Below are positions 1 through 8,630 of a stretch of 64,000 nucleotides of DNA, one piece after another. How positions within the stretch are numbered: the first letter of the stretch is position 1; every line of letters begins with the position of its first letter. A program made the position numbers and the translations under genes. Under the pieces are notes generated by a model, which was not told the DNA's origin, did not search any database, and was given only the letters and a program-made list of their open reading frames with translations. The stretch lies in the sequence record NC_018835.1. The stretch is one strand, 5' to 3'. The stretch comes from Escherichia phage NJ01.

Positions 1-156
1 GCGGTCAGTTTTCGTTGGGCCATTCTATTTATTACGGTATCCGCAACTAAAGCCTTACATGCGGTTGGCTGATTCCCTGCCTCATAATAAATAGTCAATG
101 TCAACATTAGCTGGGCCGTTGTTATCAGAACTTGCTACCTCCTGTTTTACGGGCAT

Positions 157-182
157 AAAAAAGCCCCAGCCGTAGCCGGGGC
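157..182 (-). terminator. putative rho-independent terminator (minus strand)
   Basis: Hairpin GCCCCAGCCGTAGCCGGGGC (163-182) preceded on + strand by AAAAAA, i.e. hairpin then U-run on minus-strand transcript. Confidence 0.35.
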
Positions 183-349
183 AAAACCTGAAAGCAACAC
201 ATGACCGTTGCTATAAATACACTCGCAAATGCACTTACAGCAACGCAAAAAGCCGCTCAAAGGCGGCTATGCGGAAGCTTCAAATGGGGAGAGGGCGCGA
301 CGCCTACAGAAAGAGCGTCATAGTACTAAAAGAGGGGACTATATTCCTA

Positions 350-793
350 CTACTTAACCCTTGCCTCTTTGATGGGGTCAATGTATTTCTCAACTCCCCA
401 TTTGTGTTTACTGTCTGCGTAGAAAACATCAGGCGCACACTGACTTGTCTTAGGAAACGCTTGAGGGTCTTTCGTGCTACCCTTAAATTTCTGTTTACCA
501 CGGGTGCGACCATTACAGAAGATTTCTAATTTCTTCTCCTCTTCTGTTTTAGCTCCCCCGCTCTTTAACAAAGAACGTTTATGATCGGCTAACAATAACG
601 CATCAGCACGATGGACGCGATGGCCTACACGTTTTGCCACACTAGAAGGGATATAGGATTCAGCTTCAGCTTTTGCAGCACGACGTTTTAAACTGCGCTT
701 ACTGACGTGATTGGTTGCCTTTGGCTTCTCTTTCTCCAGTTCAGAGATAGAAAAACAACGCCCGCCTTTCATGCTGATTTTTGATTTAGCCAT
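350..793 (-). CDS. hypothetical basic protein (147 aa)
   Basis: ORF track; Lys/Arg-rich; no recognisable motif. Confidence 0.4.
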   Translation of the reverse strand: MAKSKISMKGGRCFSISELEKEKPKATNHVSKRSLKRRAAKAEAESYIPSSVAKRVGHRVHRADALLLADHKRSLLKSGGAKTEEEKKLEIFCNGRTRGKQKFKGSTKDPQAFPKTSQCAPDVFYADSKHKWGVEKYIDPIKEARVK

Positions 794-862
794 TGTCTTA
801 TTCCTTTTAGTGATAAGTTATATCGGGCAAGCCCATCAAGGCGACGGGCTTGAACAAATAAC

Positions 863-1072
863 TTAATCAAGTAAACTAAACGACTTCCAACTGCGTAGAA
901 GGATTGTACCATCATCCATAGTTACGCATAATTTTAGCAGTGTTTTGTTGGTACTGCTCACCGTTGTAATTTGTCCGGTTGTACATTTACCCTTATTACT
1001 GTAAAGATATATAACACGACGGCCTAACAAACGAGATGGCGCTTTCTTAAACTCTGAAATATTAGTGATCAT
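863..1072 (-). CDS. hypothetical protein
   Basis: ORF track; start abuts upstream ORF stop. Confidence 0.3.
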   Translation of the reverse strand: MITNISEFKKAPSRLLGRRVIYLYSNKGKCTTGQITTVSSTNKTLLKLCVTMDDGTILLRSWKSFSLLD

Positions 1073-1293
1073 AATGCTTGATACCTTTGAATATGTTCAA
1101 TACGGGTGGATTGAGCAAATGACGCTTTAACCGCCATCTTTCTAACTTCTTCCTTACGTTGGTTAGTGTGCACAGTATCCCAATGATTGTTATCACGTTG
1201 GCGCTGTAATATCTTACTACATTTGCGATGGTTTCCCGTGCTGCGATGTTTCTCACAAATAGGACACTTGCCAAAATTATTACTGAATATCAT
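1069..1293 (-). CDS. small Cys/His-rich protein (possible zinc finger / HNH-like)
   Basis: CPICEKH...GNHRKC...HWDTVH pattern; weak. Confidence 0.3.
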   Translation of the reverse strand: MIFSNNFGKCPICEKHRSTGNHRKCSKILQRQRDNNHWDTVHTNQRKEEVRKMAVKASFAQSTRIEHIQRYQAL

Positions 1294-1517
1294 TTTCTCA
1301 ATCCCATCTTTCTTAAGACACGGCCTAGCGTTGTTTCTTGCGTGATAATATAGCTGATCGCCTCACGTTCCAACGTTTCAATTTTCATTGGTGACGGATA
1401 CCATTCACCGGTAAGCATACATTTACATTCAATGCCATACTTTTTAGATAGGCGGTAATGTTGACCGTTGACAAGATTCCGATAAATCGTGGTATGCGTA
1501 ATTAACATGATCGTCAC
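1290..1517 (-). CDS. hypothetical protein
   Basis: ORF track; overlapping start/stop chain with neighbours. Confidence 0.3.
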   Translation of the reverse strand: MTIMLITHTTIYRNLVNGQHYRLSKKYGIECKCMLTGEWYPSPMKIETLEREAISYIITQETTLGRVLRKMGLRK

Positions 1518-1560
1518 CTTTGATTATATTCTTTGATTAATGCACTGAATCAATACACTG

Positions 1561-1596
1561 ATAAAAGAAAAGGCGCTACCCGTTAAGATAGCGCCT
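1561..1596 (-). terminator. rho-independent terminator (minus strand) after 302-aa gene
   Basis: Hairpin AGGCGCTA...TAGCGCCT (1571-1596) with A-run 1561-1570 on + strand (U-run on minus transcript), 24 nt past the stop at 1620. Confidence 0.5.
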
Positions 1597-1619
1597 CATG
1601 TTTATTAGAATTGTCTTAC

Positions 1620-2528
1620 TTATGCTGCCTGACGTGCCGCCATAATCTCAGCTGCCTTGCGCAATACTTCTTCCTCTTCTTCTTTCGCAGCTTGTTCGGT
1701 ACGGGTAGCAACCGTTGAAGAGATACGACCGCGCAGACTTTCTAACTTCTCCTGAATAGCCGCAATAGTCTTTTCCATTTCATCAGCGTATGAATCGAGT
1801 GATTCTAATTCCTTGCTTGATGCGTTCATCAGATAATCGTCTGAGATCGCTACAGTTGAAGCCGTGACTTTCTTGATGAGTGAATCAAAGGACTTTTTAA
1901 CTTTCCCCACGTCTTCACTTAAGGCGATAGTGTTGTCACTGGTAGCGCCATTGCGCTCATCAGCCAATAATTTGGCTTCAATACGGATTGCATTCAATCG
2001 TTCGACCAAAGCGTAAACATCTTGGTTAAAATCTTCCTTGTTTTTCGCCGGGATTTGCAGATGTGCCGCCACGTTGTCATTGCAACCCTTGTAGAAGTTA
2101 GGGTTATCGACTTCAATTTCACGGCCTAAAGCAAAGTTTTCGAAAGCATTTGACCAGCGAGCGCGGTTTTGTTCCATTTTGGCCTTAATTTGCGCTTCTT
2201 TCGCATCTTCTTTCGCTTTCGCTTCACCTTCCAGATTAATCCACTTTTTACGACCGTTTGCCGCATCAGTGTTAAACTTGATGGGAGTTAAGAAAGTAAT
2301 TGCAGTGGCGATCACATCCATATCGCGGAAACGTTCAGTTAACAGAAAATCGACTGCCGACTGCAATACGTCCAGCTTTTTACCGTTACTGCGGAAGTGC
2401 TGCAAGTGCCCTAACAGAAAATTAGAAACATCCTGTTTAATCGCCGCGTTATTGCTGCGGATATTGTTAGCCAGTGCGTTAAAGCCAGATTCTTTTACCA
2501 GATTGAAAATTTTAGCCATGATATTCAC
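1620..2528 (-). CDS. hypothetical protein (302 aa), coiled-coil/acidic C-terminus
   Basis: Long ORF, terminator immediately downstream; no recognisable catalytic motif. Confidence 0.55.
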   Translation of the reverse strand: MNIMAKIFNLVKESGFNALANNIRSNNAAIKQDVSNFLLGHLQHFRSNGKKLDVLQSAVDFLLTERFRDMDVIATAITFLTPIKFNTDAANGRKKWINLEGEAKAKEDAKEAQIKAKMEQNRARWSNAFENFALGREIEVDNPNFYKGCNDNVAAHLQIPAKNKEDFNQDVYALVERLNAIRIEAKLLADERNGATSDNTIALSEDVGKVKKSFDSLIKKVTASTVAISDDYLMNASSKELESLDSYADEMEKTIAAIQEKLESLRGRISSTVATRTEQAAKEEEEEVLRKAAEIMAARQAA

Positions 2529-3750
2529 CTTTCAATTGTAAGGGCACTATTGCCCCCGCTCGCTATGAGCCTTTTAAGCCATTATTGACTTATCAATATC
2601 CACTCAATGTTAAGTAAATATTGATAAGCGGAGCGGTCTTATCAGGAGTTAACCTTGCCGCCCCCTTATCCGTGATGTTTCATCTGGTATCTTTAATTAG
2701 TCGCTATAAACGAAGCCGACCTGATAGCGATGATAAATCATCACAATAAGGCAAGTGTGTCCGACACTATTTAATTACATTGCTGTAACCGTCGGCAATA
2801 TCGTTTATTATACTTTCGCTCTCGCCTATCCTTTTATATCAGCTCTCAATCGCTAGTCATCGCCCACTATGGGATACTATTGCGAAAGAGTCACTAACCG
2901 CCTAATATTCCGGCGTTTTATATCTTTCGGCAAGTTTACTACATAAACCGACTATGTACTTTCATCATAAGACGAATCTCAAGCCGTTCGCATCGTAAAC
3001 GTTCACACTAAACCTTATTGTTAAATAGCAATTTGCTACCCTTTAACCACCCCCCGCCGCTCTCAATTGAGCGTTAATTCGTCGGACTTGTCTGCCCTGA
3101 TTAGTTTCTTTCACTGTAGCACCGTGTTAGCGATGGCCGCCGCTACCCTTAACCGTGGGCGATTAGTTTAAGCCGTTGCGTGTACTCAATGAATCCGCTT
3201 ATCAGTGGTGACGTTTCCAGTTAAGGGATTGTAAAACTGTTTACCCTGATGGTTTAGGGAGTTTTACGCCGTTTTATCTGGTATGCTTTCCGATGGTTAT
3301 TATCTTCCAGCATATTCAACCGATATATGGGGACGTTTAAATTATTAAAGAGCGGTAAATCTGTCAGCGTGCTTTCTCACGCTACGCAACTGTAAGCCGT
3401 TGTTTCGCTTTTCACTTAAGCGGTGATTTGCCTAGTGAGTACGCTCATTATGGACCATGATGTTTTCGCTGTCAACCGCTTTTTTAATCTTTTTCGTCGT
3501 TCCCGCTATTGGGAGGATATATCAATCAGCTTTATTTGATTGAAGATCAAGCGATGAGGCTAAAATCATGATTCACATTGTTAAAGAGCGGTTACTACAT
3601 TCACAGCTTAACACATCGTGTTAGCTTGTCAAACTCTTTTTATCATCTTCTTTTATTCTTTTCCCTTATCTCGCGTGAATCTATGCGAAAGGGCAAGATG
3701 ATAAATTTTTAAAGAGCGGGGATGTTTCACGTCATCGCTGACTTATGCTT

Positions 3751-3779
3751 ACTATATATCAGGCTGTTTTCGGTGTCTA
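3751..3779 (-). promoter_or_regulatory. sigma70-like promoter (minus strand)
   Basis: Minus strand reads TAGACA-17 nt-TATAGT (-35 at 3779-3774, -10 at 3756-3751). Confidence 0.4.
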
Positions 3780-3971
3780 TACTCTTTTTAAGAATATTTT
3801 CACTTTCTAGCCTGATTTTTAAAGAGCGTTTAAAACTGTATGGCTCCCATAACACCATTTGATAATCAGTTAACCTATGACTATTCAGGGGCATGGTATC
3901 CGGCTGCCTCCGTCTGACTTGCTTCACTCACTAGGGAGTTACTTGAGCGGTCATCTTGTCTTTCTAAGCTC

Positions 3972-3999
3972 ATTATAGGTTAGGCTTTCCAGCTGTCAA
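3972..3999 (-). promoter_or_regulatory. near-consensus sigma70 promoter (minus strand)
   Basis: Minus strand reads TTGACA-16 nt-TATAAT (-35 at 3999-3994, -10 at 3977-3972); A/T-rich UP-like region upstream. Confidence 0.5.
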
Positions 4000-4264
4000 A
4001 TACTTTTTCAAGTATTTTTCACTTTCCAGCCTGATTTTTAAAGAGCGCGCGGCGTATGTTTTACATCGTACCCGATGAAAATCAGTATACGCCAGCTTTC
4101 AGGAAGTGCAATAGGGTAAAGCAAATTATTTTAAACTTTTTCACTATAGGAAGGTAAAAGAGCGGGCGCACGTGATACAACACAGAAAACGGCTTGTAAA
4201 GCGATATTTAGCGGCCTAAAACGCACCACAGCGAGCTAAAAGGGAGTAAGGAATACAATCACCT

Positions 4265-4295
4265 TAGAAAAGAAAAAAGCCTCATGGCGAGGCTT
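4265..4295 (-). terminator. rho-independent terminator (minus strand)
   Basis: Hairpin AAGCCTC-ATGGC-GAGGCTT with A-run on + strand (U-run on minus transcript), downstream of gene ending at 4371. Confidence 0.45.
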
Positions 4296-4370
4296 TCAGG
4301 AGGTTTTAAAGCATTAGATAGATTGTGACCATAGGAATGACCACGGCACAATAAAGGAGAAAGATTAAGC

Positions 4371-4736
4371 CTATGGATTTACACATTGACCATTACCGGA
4401 CTCAATTTCATTCATGGACTCATCAAAGAGCGTCAACGATGAGCGCATCAAGTGATTGACCGTGATTTGTTTACCAGTGATTTCATTTACCAGTAAAATA
4501 GTTTTACTATCTGATTGCACATGATCAAAATCATTTACATGCAAAATAATAACTTTAGGTGACTTTTTACCGGTTTCATAGTTTTCTATAAGGTAGGTAC
4601 ATTGCAAGCCGTCAACCGTAGCAGGGGAAAACGTTGCAGCCTTAACGCTACCCATAGCCGATAACAGCACACCTAACAGAAGAATGACCAGAAAAAAGCC
4701 TACAACCGTTTTAACGACGAATCTAATAAACCACAT
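4371..4736 (-). CDS. membrane-anchored or secreted protein (121 aa)
   Basis: N-terminal hydrophobic segment VVGFFLVILLLGVLLSAMG. Confidence 0.5.
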   Translation of the reverse strand: MWFIRFVVKTVVGFFLVILLLGVLLSAMGSVKAATFSPATVDGLQCTYLIENYETGKKSPKVIILHVNDFDHVQSDSKTILLVNEITGKQITVNHLMRSSLTLFDESMNEIESGNGQCVNP

Positions 4737-4929
4737 AGCAATAAACCTCTTTAATTAGTTTAAGAATATCGAAAGCGGCAACAATCAATAAATAGTTTAA
4801 AGAAACGAAGCCAATGACAAACAAAAACAGAAAGAACACAACCGGACACCTAAAAAACGTAAGAATAAAGCATATCAGCGACGAATAACGCCACTGTAAC
4901 AACGAATAAGCAACGCAAAAAATAATCAT
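4723..4929 (-). CDS. small hydrophobic membrane protein (68 aa)
   Basis: Two predicted hydrophobic helices. Confidence 0.4.
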   Translation of the reverse strand: MIIFCVAYSLLQWRYSSLICFILTFFRCPVVFFLFLFVIGFVSLNYLLIVAAFDILKLIKEVYCYVVY

Positions 4930-4941
4930 GAATCATTTTTA

Positions 4942-5193
4942 TCACCATTTTGGCAGATCGCAATCCAGAAGACCAGCAAGCGACAAACCACCGTCAATGT
5001 AAATTGATCGGAAGTCATCGCGATTTATATCAATGCGCACCAATTGAAGCCATTTTTTTGCCTCGTTAAAACTCATGGAACAAAAGGCAACGGTAGGCAC
5101 TGTAACCTGACCATCTCGCATATTAAATAGAATGACGGTATCACCAATAAAACAAGAAAAGCCGTTGGATAATTTAACTTCTTTGATAGCCAT
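4942..5193 (-). CDS. hypothetical protein (83 aa)
   Basis: ORF track; compact spacing with neighbours. Confidence 0.45.
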   Translation of the reverse strand: MAIKEVKLSNGFSCFIGDTVILFNMRDGQVTVPTVAFCSMSFNEAKKWLQLVRIDINRDDFRSIYIDGGLSLAGLLDCDLPKW

Positions 5194-5219
5194 GTTTTAC
5201 ACTCCTGAAAATTGGTTAT

Positions 5220-5711
5220 TTACTTACTGGCCTTGATGCAGTTGGCTAGATTGACATGAACGGTATAAACAGCGTTATCCGCATTATTGTAAACCGTGGT
5301 GGCAATCATCGACTGATTAACCGGGCCATAACTGACCAGATTCGTGACAGCTTTCGCATGGCTGTAACGTTGTACAGTGCCATACGTCACCATATCCGCA
5401 TCGTTATCAGTACGCTTGAGAACTAGATCACTGTTAGGCTGATTGTCTAGTGTTTTGGTACTAACGACCAGACCATCACGGGAAACGTTACTAAATTTAA
5501 CCTTTAAAACGACCTGATTGGTGTCACTATCAGCACCATTGCAAATCATCCAACCTTTATTGATGGAACTAACGAAGACACTAGCCGCATCAGTTGCAGG
5601 AGCAGGACTAGCAACAGCCTTATCAGGAAAGGAAGTTACCAGCGCACTAACACCGATCGCGGCGACTAGTGCATAACTTGCCAGATTAATCATCTGCATT
5701 GGTTTAATCAT
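5220..5711 (-). CDS. secreted protein with signal peptide (163 aa)
   Basis: N-terminal signal-like MINLASYALVAAIGVSALV, two Cys; fimbrial/Ig-like flavour, unassigned. Confidence 0.5.
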   Translation of the reverse strand: MIKPMQMINLASYALVAAIGVSALVTSFPDKAVASPAPATDAASVFVSSINKGWMICNGADSDTNQVVLKVKFSNVSRDGLVVSTKTLDNQPNSDLVLKRTDNDADMVTYGTVQRYSHAKAVTNLVSYGPVNQSMIATTVYNNADNAVYTVHVNLANCIKASK

Positions 5712-6688
5712 TTGTGAAGCCTCTTTGATATGTATCAGATAAGGATATAATAGGACACGCTTTCTTACATTGCAACCATCTTTCTAACTTTCTTTCTTTC
5801 TACTAAAAGTAGCGCCATTAAACTTACTAGTCCTATCTTTCGGGCTTAACTTGCTATCAGCGAACGACTCGACTACTTCACAAACGATCAGAACAAGTAA
5901 AGGAAACACCACAACCATGACCATCATTATTAAGATTATCATTTCTATTACTCCAATCACTCAATCAATAGGCTTCAATTTACTACTACTTAACAAGGAA
6001 GACAAGCGACCACGGGTAAACTGTTTCTACTATATAGGACGGGGCATACAACAACCGCATAACAGACCACGGGGAAACATAGCAAGATAATGCGGTAATA
6101 ATATACCACTTAAATAATTGTATAACTCAAACATCAAAAACCGTTCGTACTACGTACTCACGCACGCTGAAAAAGAAAGGAATAAACATCAATAAAAACA
6201 ATCATTCTTAAAAGAATTATTAAAAGAAATATAATCATCCACTTAATTAATACATACATCATTATTGCACTCATAACAATCACTATTGAAACTATTTACA
6301 TTCAAACTATGGGGAGCTGCGACTGTTACATGACGGTACGACGCTTTCGCTGTCGGTATTATATCGCCTTAAACTATTGGTACAGTGAAGACTAGCCTTT
6401 CTCCTACTCTTTAAAGGGGAACTAAATAAACGGGTAGGTAATGAATAGGATGGTATACACGGGGAAAGAATAACGGGGAGTAGGCACGGGGAAAGGTTGG
6501 AACGTTGATAGGGATGTAAAGGCATTGCCAATAACCATTTTTTATTTGAGGACTCCCCCTTTTTAGGAAACACGCTGCGAGCGCCTAGCCCCACTCGGTC
6601 AAATCAGAATTTTAAACAGATATATACATCTTTATTTTTTATAAATCTGTATTTTAAACTCTTATATATAAGCTTAAGAGAGGACTTA

Positions 6689-6850
6689 ATGAATCTAATT
6701 AAAGTATTTAGACGGATGAAGTGTAAGCACAATTACTATCCTCTTCGTAAAGCTTACGGGGATGAAAGAATACATGGTCTCTACCTATCAACATGGGGGT
6801 GTAAGGAATGTGGTAAGTTGAGATTCAGTACATGGGTGGATAGGCCTTAA
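6689..6850 (+). CDS. small zinc-ribbon-like protein (53 aa), below ORF-track size cutoff
   Basis: ATG at 6689 preceded by AGAGAGGA; translation MNLIKVFRRMKCKHNYYPLRKAYGDERIHGLYLSTWGCKECGKLRFSTWVDRP. Confidence 0.35.
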   Translation: MNLIKVFRRMKCKHNYYPLRKAYGDERIHGLYLSTWGCKECGKLRFSTWVDRP

Positions 6851-6854
6851 CGTG

Positions 6855-6950
6855 ACATGGCCTTTATGAGAGTGCCCTTTACTTCAGAGTACACGGGTTG
6901 TTGGTATGAGGGTGCCTTTACGGGTTGGTCTTATGATGTGCCCTTTATAC
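6855..6950. repeat. three to four direct repeats of TATGAG(A/G)GTGCC(C)TTTA(C/T)-like unit
   Basis: Copies at 6865-6882, 6905-6921, 6932-6948 plus a partial copy near 6856. Confidence 0.5.
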
Positions 6951-7069
6951 TTTTATTCAGAGGATAAGAATATGAAGTTTTTAAAAGAACTACACTCCTT
7001 GATTTATAAGGACATAGTGTACTCAGTATCCCGCAATGCATGGTTCTACCAAAAAGGTGGCAACGGTGA

Positions 7070-7360
7070 ATGGGTAGATTAAATCTTACTCAGAGGAGAA
7101 GAATTATGAATTTAGTATTAGACTTTTTATCAGAGTTGGTGCCTCGGTTCAGAACGGAGACATACGCTTTCGTAGTCAACAGTGACTCTGAAGATGGGAT
7201 GGAAGCTACGTGCTTAGGGCGTCTTGTTGACTTGGATGATGAAACAGATTTCGATATTACAATTGATGTGAGTAGCTTAGGTTGGCTCTTCTTCAGAGCA
7301 TTCCGCACTTACAAAGTAGAAACGTATAAAGATTATAGCAAGGGAGATAAAGATGAGTGA
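7070..7360 (+). CDS. hypothetical protein (96 aa)
   Basis: ORF track; first gene of rightward block. Confidence 0.4.
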   Translation: MGRLNLTQRRRIMNLVLDFLSELVPRFRTETYAFVVNSDSEDGMEATCLGRLVDLDDETDFDITIDVSSLGWLFFRAFRTYKVETYKDYSKGDKDE

Positions 7361-7982
7361 TTTAATCGCACGTAACATGGAAGGTGTTTATGGAGGTAGT
7401 TTCCCTGCTGGATCTCCTTTCCACATTAAAGCAATGGACATGGTTGATTACAATTCACAGCTGTGTCGCTCTGGTTGTAGCTTACAACATTTAGAAACTA
7501 TGGGAAATATCTCAGGCTTAGCTGTACAAGATTTATATAGTGGAAGTATTCTTAAACCAAATATTACGGAGAACAAAAACATGTTAGATTTGATTCATAC
7601 TACTCGCCCTAATTCTAAAACTAAATCAGCACCATCTACTCTGGAAGTAGTTGAATACGAATCTACTAAACATGATCATCTCCCTGACTATGCTCGTGCA
7701 ATGATTGAGATGATTGAAGAAGCTGAATATGAAATGCTCCATGATTACATTACCTCCAAAGATGAATGGCATCGTGATGTTCGAATCGAAGAAGATGGTA
7801 CAGAAACAATTACGTGGATTCACAAGAGTGAGTTAGTAGACGACGCACTGCGAGACTACGAAAAATTTTTGGTCGACGGCTCTATTCTTTTAGAGGAAGA
7901 GAAGGGTGTAGAACTTCCGTGGGAGGGTGAGACAATTGCTTTAGGTAAGATGTTTAACCTGTCCGTTGGTGATTGTAAGTAA
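7353..7982 (+). CDS. hypothetical protein (209 aa)
   Basis: ORF track; followed by terminator hairpin. Confidence 0.5.
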   Translation: MSDLIARNMEGVYGGSFPAGSPFHIKAMDMVDYNSQLCRSGCSLQHLETMGNISGLAVQDLYSGSILKPNITENKNMLDLIHTTRPNSKTKSAPSTLEVVEYESTKHDHLPDYARAMIEMIEEAEYEMLHDYITSKDEWHRDVRIEEDGTETITWIHKSELVDDALRDYEKFLVDGSILLEEEKGVELPWEGETIALGKMFNLSVGDCK

Positions 7983-7987
7983 TGTTT

Positions 7988-8008
7988 GCCTCCCTTGGGA
8001 GGCTTTTT
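7988..8008 (+). terminator. rho-independent terminator
   Basis: GCCTCCC-TT-GGGAGGC followed by TTTTT. Confidence 0.5.
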
Positions 8009-8038
8009 GTGTTGTTGATAATGTAGAAGGAGTATAAA

Positions 8039-8512
8039 ATGTTTGGAGAAAACGGAGAACTCACACCTGCACAGGTAGCTGAGATTACAGGAAGATTACC
8101 CGGAGTAACGGAAGAACTTGAAGGCCGTGGTATGAACCCAAGCAATGGGAAGTTTCAAAAGGGAAATAAATTCGGACGACCCAGAGGTAGTAGAGGTAAA
8201 CTGACACAATTAATGTTGGACCGTGTTGCTGCAAGTCATTTGTCTCCTGATGAAGTGTTAATTCAAATTTACGAAGATCCTAATATTCCACCTGATCTTA
8301 GATTCAAGGCTGCATCAAAAGTTGCAGATCTGGTATATCCTAAGGCGGCCTCTGTTGAAGTTAAGATTGAGGAAGAGAATGTAATCAACGAAGAATCATT
8401 GAATGCACAAATCAAGGACTTCTTGACTGGAGCACTTGGTATCGATGTTATGCCTCCAGAAGAAGACAACTCTGAGGACGCTGAAAAGGGGGAGGAAGCG
8501 GACGAGAGTTAA
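8039..8512 (+). CDS. putative terminase small subunit
   Basis: Position immediately upstream of large terminase; acidic C-terminus; no direct motif. Confidence 0.4.
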   Translation: MFGENGELTPAQVAEITGRLPGVTEELEGRGMNPSNGKFQKGNKFGRPRGSRGKLTQLMLDRVAASHLSPDEVLIQIYEDPNIPPDLRFKAASKVADLVYPKAASVEVKIEEENVINEESLNAQIKDFLTGALGIDVMPPEEDNSEDAEKGEEADES

Positions 8513-8630
8513 TTAAAGGAAGCTGTATGGATGCTGGATTTTAAGTTAACCAGATATGCAGCGAATAAGAGAGGGGGGAGGTTCTTTGACGAAGGGACTT
8601 TCCCTTTTCTATTTTTAAACTGGAGGAAGT

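Larger units (their letters stand above)
3345..4165. repeat. six dispersed copies of (T)TTTAAAGAGCG(G) motif in ORF-poor region
   Basis: Copies at about 3345, 3583, 3711, 3822, 4041, 4157; copies 4 and 5 sit in a longer about 45-nt homologous unit TTTTCACTTTC(T/C)AGCCTGATTTTTAAAGAGCG. Confidence 0.6.

Noticed and set aside
2179-2541. Plus-strand ORF antisense to the 302-aa gene, and similar antisense ORFs (e.g. 13864-14595, 45226-45593, 59929-60525)
   Set aside because: Each lies entirely inside a longer, motif-supported gene on the opposite strand; products are low-complexity.
3727-3927. ORF-track CDS on minus strand (66 aa)
   Set aside because: Runs straight through the predicted sigma70 promoter at 3751-3779 and the repeat units; no RBS; probably non-coding.
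4127-4150. T7/SP6-like single-subunit RNA polymerase promoter (TTTCACTATAGGAAGG)
   Set aside because: Single occurrence, no phage RNA polymerase gene in the window, and the phage encodes a sigma factor instead; likely chance similarity.
3345-4165. TTTAAAGAGCGG repeat cluster as a CRISPR array
   Set aside because: Copies are short (about 11 nt), irregularly spaced (111-238 bp) and not palindromic; inconsistent with CRISPR repeat-spacer architecture.
6307-6594. ORF-track CDS on minus strand (95 aa)
   Set aside because: Lies in the compositionally skewed repeat region; Ser/Pro/Leu-rich product typical of translating low-complexity DNA.
2540-7070. Possible tRNA genes in the long non-coding stretches
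   Set aside because: No T-loop-like GTTCRANYC box with an appropriately spaced acceptor stem seen by eye; not excluded without a dedicated tRNA scan.
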